DNA from: Octopus sinensis
Lineage: Eukaryota
DNA length: 38,142 nucleotides
Assembly (NCBI RefSeq): GCF_006345805.1
Contig: NW_021831885.1
Span: 1 to 38,142 of the forward strand
Direction of reading: 5' to 3'
Part shown: piece after piece, positions 1-11,465 of the stretch
How positions within the stretch are numbered: the first letter of the stretch is position 1
Layout of the letters: each line of letters starts with the position of its first letter
Position numbers and translations under genes: made by a program
The notes under the pieces: model-generated
What the model was told of the DNA's origin: nothing
Seen by the model: the letters and a program-made list of their open reading frames with translations, nothing else
The model's database searches: none

Positions 1-39
1 GAACTTCGAACCACTAAAGCACACAATAATCAATCGGTA

Positions 40-150
40 AAATTATTAGAACGTTGGATAGACTAATTTATGTTCCGGTTCACATGTCTCTGAATTCAGA
101 TCACGCTGTCTTTTCATCCCTTCGCGTTCAACAAATTGATTACCACTCCT
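40..150 (+). mobile_element. Degraded SINE family B fragment
   Basis: 'tgaattcagatcacgctgtcttttcatcccttcgcgttcaacaaattgattacca' resembles the core of the 29334-29548 copy (ctgagttcagatttcgccg...tttcatcctttcggggttgataaattaagtacca). Confidence 0.45.
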
Positions 151-810
151 ACCCTGGAATTATTTTCTTGCTTACTTTCTTAGTATCTCTCTTTTTCTCT
201 CCCTTGTAAAGAATCGTCTGGGGCCGACTTGGAGAGGGATGGCTTCCAACATGTCTAAAATGCCCAATACATGAGACGTTTCTATGACACCATCAAGGAG
301 TTAAGGATCTAAAGCACTGTAATGAGTATATGGCAGATTCATTAGTCGGATGGTTATAACAAATTCCGTTTTTTAACTTTTTATTAATAAGCATAAAATT
401 TTGATTTGTTTATTATATAATTAGGTAGTCACACAAAATGTTTTATTTATCATTTTGCAACAAATCTGAAATAATCTGTCCAGTTTCTTGCTCAGTTAGA
501 GTTCATGAAAGAGGCAATACCTATCTTCCAATCGCGGAGAGAAGAGTAGTCGTGAGTTATATAGTGAGTATGAAACAAAAAATGCGATTACATTGCTCAG
601 TCAACTTGTAGCTAATAGAAGCTAGAAAGCAGGATATTGAGTCTAATAGTAGCTTTTAAGGTGTATACAATCTGGGAAGCAGTTGTAGTTAGTTATATAG
701 ATTGTATACAAACCTAGGAAATAGATAAAAGGTTCAGCTTAATTGTAGCTGTTATTTATATTGGGCGTATACAACCTGGGAGGCATCTCATATGATCAGT
801 CTAATAGTAT

Positions 811-812
<2 letters not shown>

Positions 813-874
<62 letters not shown>
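813..874. repeat. (TG)n microsatellite
   Basis: Uninterrupted TG dinucleotide run; source of the VCVC ORF at 814. Confidence 0.98.
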
Positions 875-876
<2 letters not shown>

Positions 877-888
877 TGTGTGTGTGTA

Positions 889-1558
889 TTCTTGAAATTC
901 TTTAATTCTTTAAATTGTTTCAGCTTTAAAGCTGCGGTCATGCTGGGACACCACCGTTGGCTGTGCTACACCGTTTTTGAAACCTCTGATATGTGACATT
1001 TGGTGAATGAGGGAGTTTGATATTGCTGCCCTCATCTGTGTTTCTTGCCGCAAGGTAGGCTCATCTGGAACCCTTGACAGGAGGCGATCCAGTTTTGATT
1101 TGAGGGTGCCTACATCCACACCATGCAGTTCTCTCAAGCATTTTGGAAGGATATTGAAGATCTTCGCACTATCTGGTCCTGTATTTTGATGGTGATGCTG
1201 GGGTCTTTGTCATTCTGCAGTGGCACTCCGTTCTGCTGTTTGTGTAACTTTCAATACCAAAGTTTGGTACAAGACCTTCCAGTATTTTCCAGATGTATAT
1301 CACTGCATATCTTTCCTGTCTTCGCTCTAGGGAGAAGAGTTTTAACTCTTTCATCCTTTCCCAGTAGCTAATATGTTACATTGAGACAATTCTCGTTGTG
1401 TAGCTTCATTGGATTGCTTCGAGTTTCACCGTTAATTTTATACTATGTGGTGAACATAGTTGGGAGCAGTAGTCCAAGCGGCTGAGGACGTATGCCAACC
1501 AAAGGACCATCATAGATTCCTTTTCTCTCGTTTTGAGAGTTCGGAGGATCCATGCATG
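889..1558 (-). mobile_element. CR1/L2-type LINE, 3' end of ORF2 plus 3' tail (5'-truncated, stops and frameshifts)
   Basis: Minus-strand translation gives WILRTLKTREKESMMVLWLAYVLSRLDYCSQLCSP, then SYWERMKELKLFSLERRQERYAVIYIWKILEGLVPN, then LKSKLDRLLSRVPDEPTLRQETQMRAAISNSL; these are typical post-RT motifs of CR1/L2-group LINEs. Ends in a hairpin and a (TAAAGAAT)-like tail. Confidence 0.9.
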
Positions 1559-1587
1559 CTTCCATCCATCCATTCATCCAACTATTA

Positions 1588-1588
1588 T

Positions 1589-1623
<35 letters not shown>

Positions 1624-1662
1624 CATACATATACATATACATACATACATACATACATACAT

Positions 1663-1706
<44 letters not shown>
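1588..1706. repeat. Compound (CA)/(TA)/(TACA) microsatellite
   Basis: Seen directly; truncates the LINE remnant on its 5' side. Confidence 0.95.
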
Positions 1707-1708
<2 letters not shown>

Positions 1709-1796
1709 CTCAGGAAGTTGTAAGGCGGTTCAGGACAATTTGCATAACAGTGCAGGAACTTAGAAAAAAACTGGAATTAATAAACATATTACAAAT

Positions 1797-1915
1797 TGAG
1801 GTGGCGAGCTGGCAAAAAAAATAGCATGTTGGACAAAATACATAGAAGCATTTCGTCCGTTTTTAAGTTATGAGTTCCATTGATGTCGAGTTTGCCATTC
1901 ATCCCCGAGATCAAT
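1797..1915 (+). mobile_element. Degraded 5' part of SINE family B
   Basis: 'gaggtggcgagctggc...tagcatgttggacaaaat...catttcgtccg...gtcgagtttgccattcatccc' aligns with the head of the 29334-29548 copy. Confidence 0.7.
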
Positions 1916-2340
1916 GTAATCGATTTACTCCTCCGCCGTATCTGTAGTAGAAAAGATTAATTATATTACAAATTGCGGAAAACACACTGGGAATATATTA
2001 ATTAAACATGGACACCATACAGAAATATAGCTTCTTATGTAACTGGCTATATTAATTTATACATTCAGATTAAAACTATATTATAAAAACAGAGATATAT
2101 ATGTACACACATACACACACAAACAAACACACAGACATTATATATATATATGTATGTATATACATAAATGCATAAAGATATTCATGTGCATATGTATATC
2201 TGTGGATGCATATGTGCATGCATAAAGTGTTTATATATTTGTATATATTATATGTACATATATATAAGCATACATAGGTAATATACGTAATATATTTATT
2301 TACCTATCTATGCATACATACATACACATACATGCATACA

Positions 2341-2399
<59 letters not shown>

Positions 2400-2419
2400 T
2401 ATATATAATATATATAGAT

Positions 2420-2632
2420 GTAGCTTTGTGACTTCGTGTGTACCGTTGTCGATTTTTTCCTCTGTCTTCCCTTCTCTGGATCTTTCCTTCTCCCATGTTT
2501 CCGACGAAGAGCTCCGCTCGAAACGTTAAACCCTCTGCTTTCCTTCTTCCTGAGCGTCCAATAGTACTATATTTGTTCCACGTCCTCGCGTTGTTGTGTT
2601 TTTTTTGTGTTTTCTTGTTGGGATTAACTTTA
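2420..2632 (+). mobile_element. Short hammerhead-bearing repeat (Penelope pLTR-like fragment), copy 1, embedded in (TA)n
   Basis: About 170 bp (2464-2632) is an inverted, roughly 90% identical copy of 3110-3279; contains a hammerhead motif at 2497-2531; the 3' end 'ggattaacttta' abuts (TA)n. Confidence 0.75.
2497..2531 (+). ncRNA. Minimal type I hammerhead ribozyme motif (U4C core variant)
   Basis: GUUU-CCGACGA-A-GAGC(UCC)GCUC-GAAA-CG-UU-AAAC: stem I GUUU/AAAC, stem II GAGC/GCUC, loopless ACGU stem III, GUU cleavage triplet. Activity is untested. Confidence 0.65.
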
Positions 2633-2639
2633 TATATAT

Positions 2640-2684
<45 letters not shown>

Positions 2685-2834
2685 TATATAATATATACAT
2701 ACACATATATATATATATGTATATATATGTATGTATGTATGCATATATATTATTTACATAGGGAGAGTGAAAAAGACTGATTATCATATACTCTCATATG
2801 TATTTCCATTTTACACATATATGTATGTATATCG

Positions 2835-2911
<77 letters not shown>

Positions 2912-3109
2912 TGCATGTATGTAGGTATATATATAAGCATAGCGTCGGTGTGGCTCTTTGGTAAGAAGCTTGCTTTGCAACCAGAGGTTTCGGGTTCAGT
3001 CACACTGTGTGGCACCTTGAGCAAGTGTCTTCTACAATAACCTCGGGCCGACCAAAACCTTCTGAGTAGATTTGGTAGACAGAAACTGAAAGAAACATAT
3101 ATATATATG

Positions 3110-3279
3110 TAAAGTTAATCCAAACAAGAAAGCACAAAAAAACACAACAACGCGAGGACGTGGAACAAATATAGTATTATTGGACGCTCAGGAAAGAAGG
3201 AAAGAAGTGGGGTTTAACGTTTCGAGCGGAGCTCTTCGTCGGAAACATAGGAGAAGGAAAGATCCAGAGAAGGGAAGAC
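3110..3279 (-). mobile_element. Short hammerhead-bearing repeat, copy 2 (inverted relative to copy 1)
   Basis: Reverse complement matches 2464-2632; the ORF track shows the shared peptide SSLLWIFPSPMFPTKSSARNVKP on both strands. Confidence 0.8.
3212..3246 (-). ncRNA. Minimal type I hammerhead ribozyme motif, identical to 2497-2531
   Basis: Reverse complement is gtttccgacgaagagctccgctcgaaacgttaaac, 35/35 identical to copy 1. Confidence 0.65.
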
Positions 3280-3344
3280 GTGCCTGTGCTTGTCCCCCCT
3301 ACCACCATCGCTTGGCAACCGATGTTAGTATGTGTACTTTCCCG

Positions 3345-3526
3345 TAATGAGTGAAACCAGTAAAAGAATATATATACATATATATATGTGTGTGTCTGTG
3401 TGTGTGCATAAAAATATGAAATGATCATATGCATGTGTACATATATTTGCATATATTAAGTGTACATATATGTATATATGCCTTTGGATTACATATGTAC
3501 ATATCACCTCCATTTTCTTATTGCTG

Positions 3527-3582
<56 letters not shown>

Positions 3583-3764
3583 CAGCAGTAAGAAAATGGA
3601 GGTGATATGTACATATGTAATCCAAAGGCATATATACATATATGTACACTTAATATATGCAAATATATGTACACATGCATATGATCATTTCATATTTTTA
3701 TGCACACACACAGACACACACATATATATATGTATATATATTCTTTTACTGGTTTCACTCATTA
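3345..3764. repeat. 420-bp spacerless palindrome centred in a (TA)n tract
   Basis: Positions pair with sum 7109 (T3345/A3764, G3526/C3583, G3544/C3565); I found one mismatch (3521/3588). The ORF track gives near-identical peptides on both strands (3325..3639 - and 3470..3970 +). Confidence 0.95.
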
Positions 3765-3846
3765 TATATATATATATATATATTATATTAATAATATATA
3801 TATATATATATGTATGTATATATATATATATGTATATATATAATAT

Positions 3847-3940
<94 letters not shown>

Positions 3941-4479
3941 ATGTACTTGTGTATGGATACGTATATATAAATACACACATATACATAATATACATATATA
4001 TTGTTGCAGCAGTTCGTATTATTCTTTTTATATAATTATAATAATTATACCTAAATATATATATTGGAAGGATAAAAGTAGAATACGGTACTATGGCCTC
4101 TTGGTTGAAACAGCTGTAAGATATTATCCTACTTTCTATGTACTACGTTATATATTTTAATAATTACTGGTATTTTTATGTTTTATATATTATATATGTA
4201 AAGCAAAATATGTTATATATGTATGTATGTTGTTATAATTGTCTTTTTAGAAAATAAACATGATATAATGTCTAAAAGTTGATGAATACCACCCCTCATC
4301 CTCTCCATTTTCTAATTGCTGTGTAAATTAAGGGTAAAATAACTTTCAATCCTTACCCATTATGTAATTGCCATGCAATAAAAAACACTTGTGTAGTAAT
4401 AATGGGGTATTCTATCAGCAGTATATTGAAGAGATATTATCCCTTATTTGGTTGGATTCACAACCTCTAACTCTCTTGG

Positions 4480-4519
<40 letters not shown>

Positions 4520-4544
4520 TATATATAATATATATATATATACA

Positions 4545-5100
4545 ACAAGCATATTGCCTGCAACACCTTTGCCATAACTGTCCTCACGCTCACATCTGGC
4601 CTCCAGAACTAGTCACTCAATGAGATAGATGTTTACATTCGCAAACTGCTCAGTCTTACAGGGAACTTCAGCATCGATTGAAATGTTGGTAGGCCATACT
4701 TCCCACGTAAGGATGGTGGCTATGGTCTCAAATCCCTATTTATGTCATATGAAACACATATTGTGACACCGATACTGCATCTGCAGCAGAAGCAAGAGAC
4801 AATTAATAAGTTGCCCTAGTTTGCGACCGTGAAATCAACAACATAATCAGGATAGCTAATGAACTTTAGTAGAGGCATAAAATAATGAGATATACTCTGT
4901 TGAAGAAATCAGCTGCCCTCTGGACGCCAATACGGTTAGAAAAAAAAAGCAAGAGTAAGAGGACATCTATGAATCACTAATAAGGACTTTGCAAATCCAG
5001 TACGCAAAGTACACTTTCAGCTTTATATCTATTATTGGAGTAATAGGATATATACCAACTAGATGCTTTGGAAACAATTTTCACATGCAAGTGCTAACAG
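4545..5100 (+). mobile_element. R4/Dong-like RLE retrotransposon remnant, post-RT part (internally deleted)
   Basis: Translation NKHIACNTFAITVLTLTSG...EIDVYIRKLLSLTGNF...NVGRPYFPRKDGGYGLKSLFMSYE resembles NTFA..VL / RLY..RK.GGRGL motifs; the distal ISIIGVIGYIP resembles the C-terminal IG..GY.P motif. Confidence 0.7.
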
Positions 5101-5119
5101 TCGAGAACTCCGAATACCG

Positions 5120-7060
5120 GAAGCCAGCAAGTGTACGTGGTCATCAGGACAGAATGCGCGCCGTTTCTGGGCATTCCTCTAGACAGCATCGATGCTCACT
5201 GATATGAGGCCCCGCTTGCTAGATCAAGTTCTTATTAAATACAGCTCAATATTCTTCTAGCTATCGCTCATCGTCTCTTTTTAACAAAATCCAGTAGCTA
5301 GCCTCCACTGTAGTTTGGATATCGGTCATGGTGGTATGTACTTAACGATGAGTTAGGCCTAACGATAACAACAGTCGTCTCACACTGAGTCCCACAAGAC
5401 TTCTACATCCGACTTCGATTGGAAAATGCTCTGCTTTCCAACCTGCGACTTCACATTCCTTGAGGAGGTTTACATAACGGTCAATCTTTCGAGCCCGAGC
5501 GGCGTTCCTGTTATCTTCATTAGGAACCGTTAACTCGATTAGATTCACAACTTTCCTGCACACCACATTAAAATGTCCGGTTTTTTCATAACTAGGATGG
5601 GAAAGGGTCCTTGGCACCCCGGTAAATCTGCAGTCACCTCTCAACAGCCGTTCCACTTTTCATTGCTCACAGGAAGTTTGTTGTTGTTGTTGTTCTTCTT
5701 GAAACAGATCCGCTGTCCTCAGCACACGAAGGTAATGAAGCCTCTAGTTGGTACTTACAACGTTTCTTTTTTTCACTGTTGTTGAGATCAATTCGCTTCT
5801 TTATGATATTGAAGATAACGTTAAGGAACAGGTTGTTTCCCTATGTATACCTGTGCAATGCTAATGAACAGTTGGAAAGAATATTTTTCAGTGTTCCGAC
5901 GTTTTCGCATTTGCATATATCCTTCTCTGAGACGTTCCACCTTACTAGATTTGTAGGTGATGGCAAAACATCATAGGATAAACGAATCAGAAGACTAAGT
6001 CGAGATGTGGTCCACTTCCATAGTTCGTTCCAACTTATTTTCCTCTCTATAACATGTTCTTCCCATCTCGTCATCTGTCCTTGTTGAATACATTGGATCA
6101 AATGAAGATCTTTTCTCTCTGCCTCCCTCACTTTGACGTTGTTGCAACAACAGATCTGCGTTCGCTCCGCACCATACTTGCAAACGGTTTGAACTGATCT
6201 GCACCAAAACCAAGCCCTTTCCGATGATTTTGCGTTGCACCACCATATCTCGGTGTGTAAGAGAAGACAAGTTGTCATCAGGCTCTGCTTTTGCTTTCCA
6301 TTTCCTAGTTGTTTTCACCTCTGGTGGATTACGCCTGATTTGCATAGCATCATCACTGTTCATATCTTCCCCAGTTTATATATTTCGGCTATTGACGCCA
6401 GTGGTAACCGCAACGAGCCTCTTTTATGGTAAAGAGCTGAACTTTTGAACATCCGAAGCAGGCCTAGCCACTTTCCAATGAACACATTACATTTTTGTTC
6501 GTAACCATGCTACCTCGTATATTAAAAGTGGCTACGAAAGTCACAGATACAAGCCGAACTGTAAGCACCAAATTTTATATTTACCAGGTAACTTTGAGTT
6601 AACAATCGCTGATAATCCAACCCCGGCTTGTTTCATAATTTCCATTCCGCGACTCCTATCTGACAATGTTCCAGTATATACTCGCCCCCAAGCTCTTGAC
6701 GGATTCTTCTTTGACTGTTGGAATGCTTTCTTCAGCTATTCGAAACTTAAATTCTTTCTGCACTCCCTTAATAAATGTCAGACTACGCAACTTTTTTGCT
6801 CTAAACCGCATCCTTGATCACCTCACAAGCTCGTCTAGTCTCAAGAAGGCACACTGCATGATATGCTTATCTGTAGATAGAAGTGTCACGTCATCCATGA
6901 AGGCTTTCTTAGGCGATTGTACATGGACGATTTGTTCCGAAAAATCCACGGCTTTCAAAATCATCTCCATGACTAAAATAAACCACGTGACAGATATTGT
7001 ACAGCCAGCAGCAATGCTAATCTCCAATCGGTGCCAATCTGTTGTAAAATTTCCACATGC
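5120..7060 (-). mobile_element. HERO-like (R2-group, RLE-encoding) non-LTR retrotransposon, 5'-truncated, frameshifted
   Basis: RT: WHRLEISIAAGCTIS, KAFMDD, IPTVKEESVKSLG; TTRKWKA; QGQMTRWE..ERKISWNELW; YDVLPSPTNLVRW..C.C..GTL.NILS.C; RLE: LIELTVPNEDN..ARARKIDRY..ECEVAGWKAEHFPIEVGCR; terminal SYWILLKRDD followed by a 3' UTR. Confidence 0.88.
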
Positions 7061-7064
7061 TCAT

Positions 7065-7725
7065 ATTGTTTTTACTATCGTCCTCTCCTAAATTCATGTG
7101 TCCGACATAGCTCTTAGTCTCATCCTGTCCAATATATTCTAATGTTCTTCAGTGAGCTGATGTTGCATTTCTAGGTTGTTTATGTCAAGTGTCTTGGATA
7201 ACGGTACAAGTGTGCCAGAACTGAACATTTCGACTCACTAAATTTCATTCTAATGTCTTTGGAGAAATGGGTTTTGATGGGTTATGAGATCCAGTTACTT
7301 TTTGTTGTGGTTAATATTTAGCCCATACAGCTTCAGGTCAGCTAGAGAGAAGGGATAAGAGATGTTATTAGACTCATTCCTATAACTGCTATGTTTTGTG
7401 ATTAGGAGTTCAGTTAGAGTACAGAGCTGTACTGACAAGCTACCGCCCTGAAGGATGTGTACAGTGTCAGATTACATGTCTTCATTGTCGCTTCTAAAAA
7501 GTAAGGAAGTGTACCAGCTTTTGGTTAGGCAGCGTGTGGCTGATACAAGTAGCGGTGGTACTTCGGTTAATGGAAGTGCCCTCATAATCTGCTCATGTAT
7601 AATCCCAAAGGCTTTTTGGTTGACCAGCCATATCATAGCCAAGGTTTTGCGATTCTTTGTAGCTCTCTCTTGTATCATTTTGTTTACTAGTAGGCACTCA
7701 ATACACACCCACCTTTCCTAGCAGG
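7065..7725 (-). mobile_element. R4/Dong-like RT remnant
   Basis: LLVNKMIQE...LAMIWLVNQKAFG; ILQGGSLSV; ADLKLYG; FSKDIRMKFSESKC; YIGQDE correspond to NKMI.E / WIDY.KAFDS / FQGDSLSP / DDLKLY / FS.DI.M.FG..KC / YLGQDE motifs. Confidence 0.75.
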
Positions 7726-7729
7726 ACAC

Positions 7730-7885
7730 TAGCAGACTTATGGAGTCATTAGGCGAGAATGCGCGCCGTTTTGGAACCTTCCTCTAAACGGCAATATTGT
7801 GACCCCCCCACACCCACACGCCAACATGAGGCCCATCTTGCTAGATCAACTAGTTTCTAGACTTTACTCAATATTCTTCTAGCCA
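7730..7885 (-). mobile_element. Second copy of the HERO-like 3' end/UTR
   Basis: Direct repeat of ~5130-5262: shares agaatgcgcgccgttt, atgaggccc, cttgctagatcaa and ctcaatattcttctagc. Confidence 0.8.
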
Positions 7886-8344
7886 TATGTGTGTGTATAT
7901 AATGTATGTATATGTATATGTATGCATGCATATATACATACACACACAGAGACACATCTGGATCTAAATTCCCCCTCTCTGCCCTCACTATGCCTGGAGA
8001 GAGAGATAGAGAGAAAGAGAAGAAATAGTTTTTTTCCAAACGTGGTGAATTCATGACTGTTTAAATTACCCCATGTTTTTGAAAATACCTTTCTATTTTC
8101 TAATTAATCCTTCTTGTTTAATTTGGAACCGTAACGTTTCTAAATCCATTAACGTTTTAGAATATTTCATGCTTCCTCATCTTCTGTATAACATTTTTAT
8201 AATACTTGTATTATACGATTTATAGAAATCCATAATTGTATATTGAAATGATTCTGCAATAGATAATTTGTGTGTGTATGTGTGTGTATAATATGTATAT
8301 GTGTATATATACATATATAGACAGGCACACATATACACACATTT

Positions 8345-9230
8345 TTCAAAAAGACATGAAAATTTGCAGTGTTAAATGACATGTTATAGTTATTCCTCCA
8401 GTTGTATAATGTTTCCGGGACTTGGAGGGCATGGATATTATTGTATATTTTAGTCTCTTGAAGAACTTCAGTGTCGACAAGATTGTTGCCAATTGTATTT
8501 TATTTGTGTCGAACAAAATTATGAGGGAGAAAATGGAACCAAAATCAACTCCTTGTTGTACTCTAGTTTTGATAGGTCTCTACCTGACTGCTGACTTCGT
8601 CATTCAAACAACCAATATGTTGTCAGTATGGAACGTAATATTATAAGGCTTGTTTTGATTCTATGTATACACTGATTTCTCCAAAACTCTGCGATTTGGG
8701 AGGAATTAGTCTATTCTCCGTGAGCCCTTGATCCAAATAGTAGATACTCCATACTTTGATTTATGTCTTTTGTTGAAGCTGTATCTACTGTATCAAAGAA
8801 TTTCTTTTTAGATCCTTCTAGATATTATCAAAATTATTTTGCTGGTCTAAATAGATAATTACTCTTCTTTATATGGTTCTCCCATAGGACTATTGCGATA
8901 TGGGAATGCTAGTGACATAGGCCTGTAATTGTTTGTTTGTGCCCTAATGACATCTTTATATATCAGAGTTGTTATAATTTCTGTCAACAGTTCTAGCAGT
9001 TCATTGTCTAGATAGCGCTGATCATTTTCAGGGAACTCGTAAAGTTGATTCTACAGATTTTAAATGTAGAAGGCCATCCAGTTCTGGAGCTGAATCTGTG
9101 TCCAGATAGGTTTGTTGATTCAATTATGCCGTGTTCATTGAGGTTCATAAGTACTATGCCGATCTGAGAGGTTGTCGTCTGGTAGAATATGCCAAAGTGT
9201 TTTGTACGTTGTACTTTCATTGGCTAGGAA
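8345..9230 (-). mobile_element. Heavily decayed CR1/L2-type LINE RT
   Basis: Frameshifted motifs NNYRPMSL (~8915-8935), VQQGVDFGSIFSLI (GVPQGS.LGP.LF-like) and LYNW...NMSFNTANF. Confidence 0.65.
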
Positions 9231-9879
9231 AAAACTCTCGCTTAGCTCTTTGAATTGATGCCAAGTCATCTTAACTGTGAAGTGGTCCGTTGTTGTTCTG
9301 TTTCACTAGTAGAGAGTCCTGTGTATAGCAGTAGAAAAATATTTCGACTTAACTTCATCCCCTTAACCACCGGCATTTCTTACCTTGATCATTATTTTTC
9401 GTTTGGTCTCAAAAATGCAGCTCCAATTATTTCATATTTTATTTTCTTGACATCTTGCCTCTTTATCACAGATTGATTGGTTAGATTTTTCGTAATAACC
9501 TTATGAGTTTTCACTTGTAATTTAGAAGAAGTAGAAAAGTGTGAAACTATAGTTTTCAGTATTTCTTTGAACGAAAATCCAGCTTTGTTCTCCAAACAGA
9601 GTTGTATGTTATTATTAAATCACTGTTTGCTAGTTGAGCCTCGATTACCACGGTCAGTTTCCGAGGGTAGAAATTTGTGGGACATTTATGTTCTGGTTGG
9701 GAAACGGTAATGTGCATTGATAACTCGAGGGTTTTATGGTGTAAGTTGCTAAAAGAAACAAAAAACGGGTAATGCTTATTTCGATGTTGTGTAGCAAGTC
9801 TTTGTTGTAAGTGAATTTGACGTTTTAGGTGTGTGTTTGGGTTGCGTTATTAGTTAATACAAGAAATGGTATTGGGTGT

Positions 9880-10060
9880 CATTGATTTAGCGCCAACATT
9901 TTCGTTTAGGAGAGAATCTTCTGGTTTACTATAACCTGGAGATCGCTTTACTTCCGCTTGGTCGAGGTCATTAGAAAGATGATTTTTTAAACCCCAAGTG
10001 TCAATCTTTTTAGAGTACCTTTTGTATATTTGACAACTAATTGTAGTTACAGTAAGAAGC
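9880..10060 (-). mobile_element. Possible LINE ORF2 C-terminal remnant
   Basis: DTWGLKNHLSNDLDQAEVKRSPGYSKPEDSLLNE loosely resembles the FK..LD..L..IPD.P..PGY..NSL terminus of CR1/L2-type ORF2. Confidence 0.35.
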
Positions 10061-10205
10061 TGTGCTTCGAGGTCAATAAATGACATGTAGTACGATACTC
10101 TTTAGTGTTATGTAAGCGGTCACTAGCTCACATATTCAAAAGAATAAGAAGCACTCTAGTAGTAAAGTGTTCTTAGAGACATAAAGTCGCATTTTTCTGG
10201 ATCAA

Positions 10206-10440
<235 letters not shown>

Positions 10441-10508
10441 ATAATAGGGAATAAATCCAAACTTACAGGGAAAAATTTAGGATTGAATCCAATTTTATAG
10501 TAAAATAT

Positions 10509-10776
10509 TATATTATATTAAATTAGAGACAAAACCACTATTAGGCAAATCATACAATGAAAAACTTAAGCCAATACATAAGATTATTTAATTTATATTA
10601 TTTAAATATATAACAAAATTATTAAAAAAATATAATTAATATATCACTATTATATTTTTTAAATAATTTTGTTATATATTTAAATAATATAAATTAAATA
10701 ATCGTATGTATTGGCTTAAGTTTTTCATTGTATGATTTGCCTAATAGTGGTTTTGTCTCTAATTTAATATAATATA
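10509..10776. repeat. Near-perfect inverted repeat: 128-bp arms, 12-nt loop
   Basis: 10509-10636 versus 10649-10776 (aattagagacaaaaccactattaggcaaatcatacaatg... / ...cattgtatgatttgcctaatagtggttttgtctctaatt); I found two mismatches. Confidence 0.95.
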
Positions 10777-10845
10777 TATATACATACACACACGCAACAA
10801 TTTATACATACATATATGTGTATGTATACATATATGTATATATAT

Positions 10846-10916
<71 letters not shown>

Positions 10917-11415
10917 TCACACACACGCTTCCATGCTAACTCGGTCTCCCTGGTGTGAGATGTGTCACTTTTAACATAATTCTGCTAATATACTGTGCGT
11001 CTTTTATGGAATGGATTTTTGTCGGTTCTTTTTTACTGTATGTCCTTTAGGTGTTGCAAAGAATAAAGGAACTATTATTGATGTGTCTATATTTGCAATG
11101 GGTTGTACATCCCAGCTGTTGATGCCAAAGAAGTTCACCTGCTGAGTTTCAGCCTTCTTTATCAACAATAATAATTTTAAGTATCATAGTTGTTTTTTTC
11201 TAAAAAGATAAAAATTATGTTTTGTCTCTAATATTGCTTTGTTTTGTCTCATTAAGTATGATCTTGAGAAAGTTTAGGTGATTGGTTTCTCATGTGTTAT
11301 GGTGGCTGATCAGTAGTGAATTCTGGCTTCAGATTATATATTAGTGGCTTAGTGTCCATAATTAATGGCATGCTGTTTAGCATCTCTTTCTTGCGGATAC
11401 AGTGATATATATATT

Positions 11416-11465
<50 letters not shown>

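Larger units (their letters stand above)
2945..3372 (+). mobile_element. SINE family A, interrupted by the hammerhead repeat in its internal (TA)n
   Basis: Head 2945-3095 (gtggctctttggtaagaagcttgc...gggttcagtc...ggcaccttgagcaagtgtcttc...gaaactgaaagaa); 3' half 3281-3372 (tgtgcttgtcccccc...accatcgcttggcaaccgatg). Confidence 0.85.

Noticed and set aside
663-785. Three degenerate gtatacaa.ct.gga.gca units
   Set aside because: Irregular spacing (about 41 and 63 bp) and weak identity; not a CRISPR array or a clear minisatellite.
5130-5175. Hammerhead in the HERO 3' UTR (minus strand GAAAC...CUGAUGA)
   Set aside because: There is too little sequence between the boxes for stems III and I, no stem II pairing, and the second copy has CUAAUGA.
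11050-11170. Short open frames in unique sequence
   Set aside because: No recognisable domain or paired splice sites.
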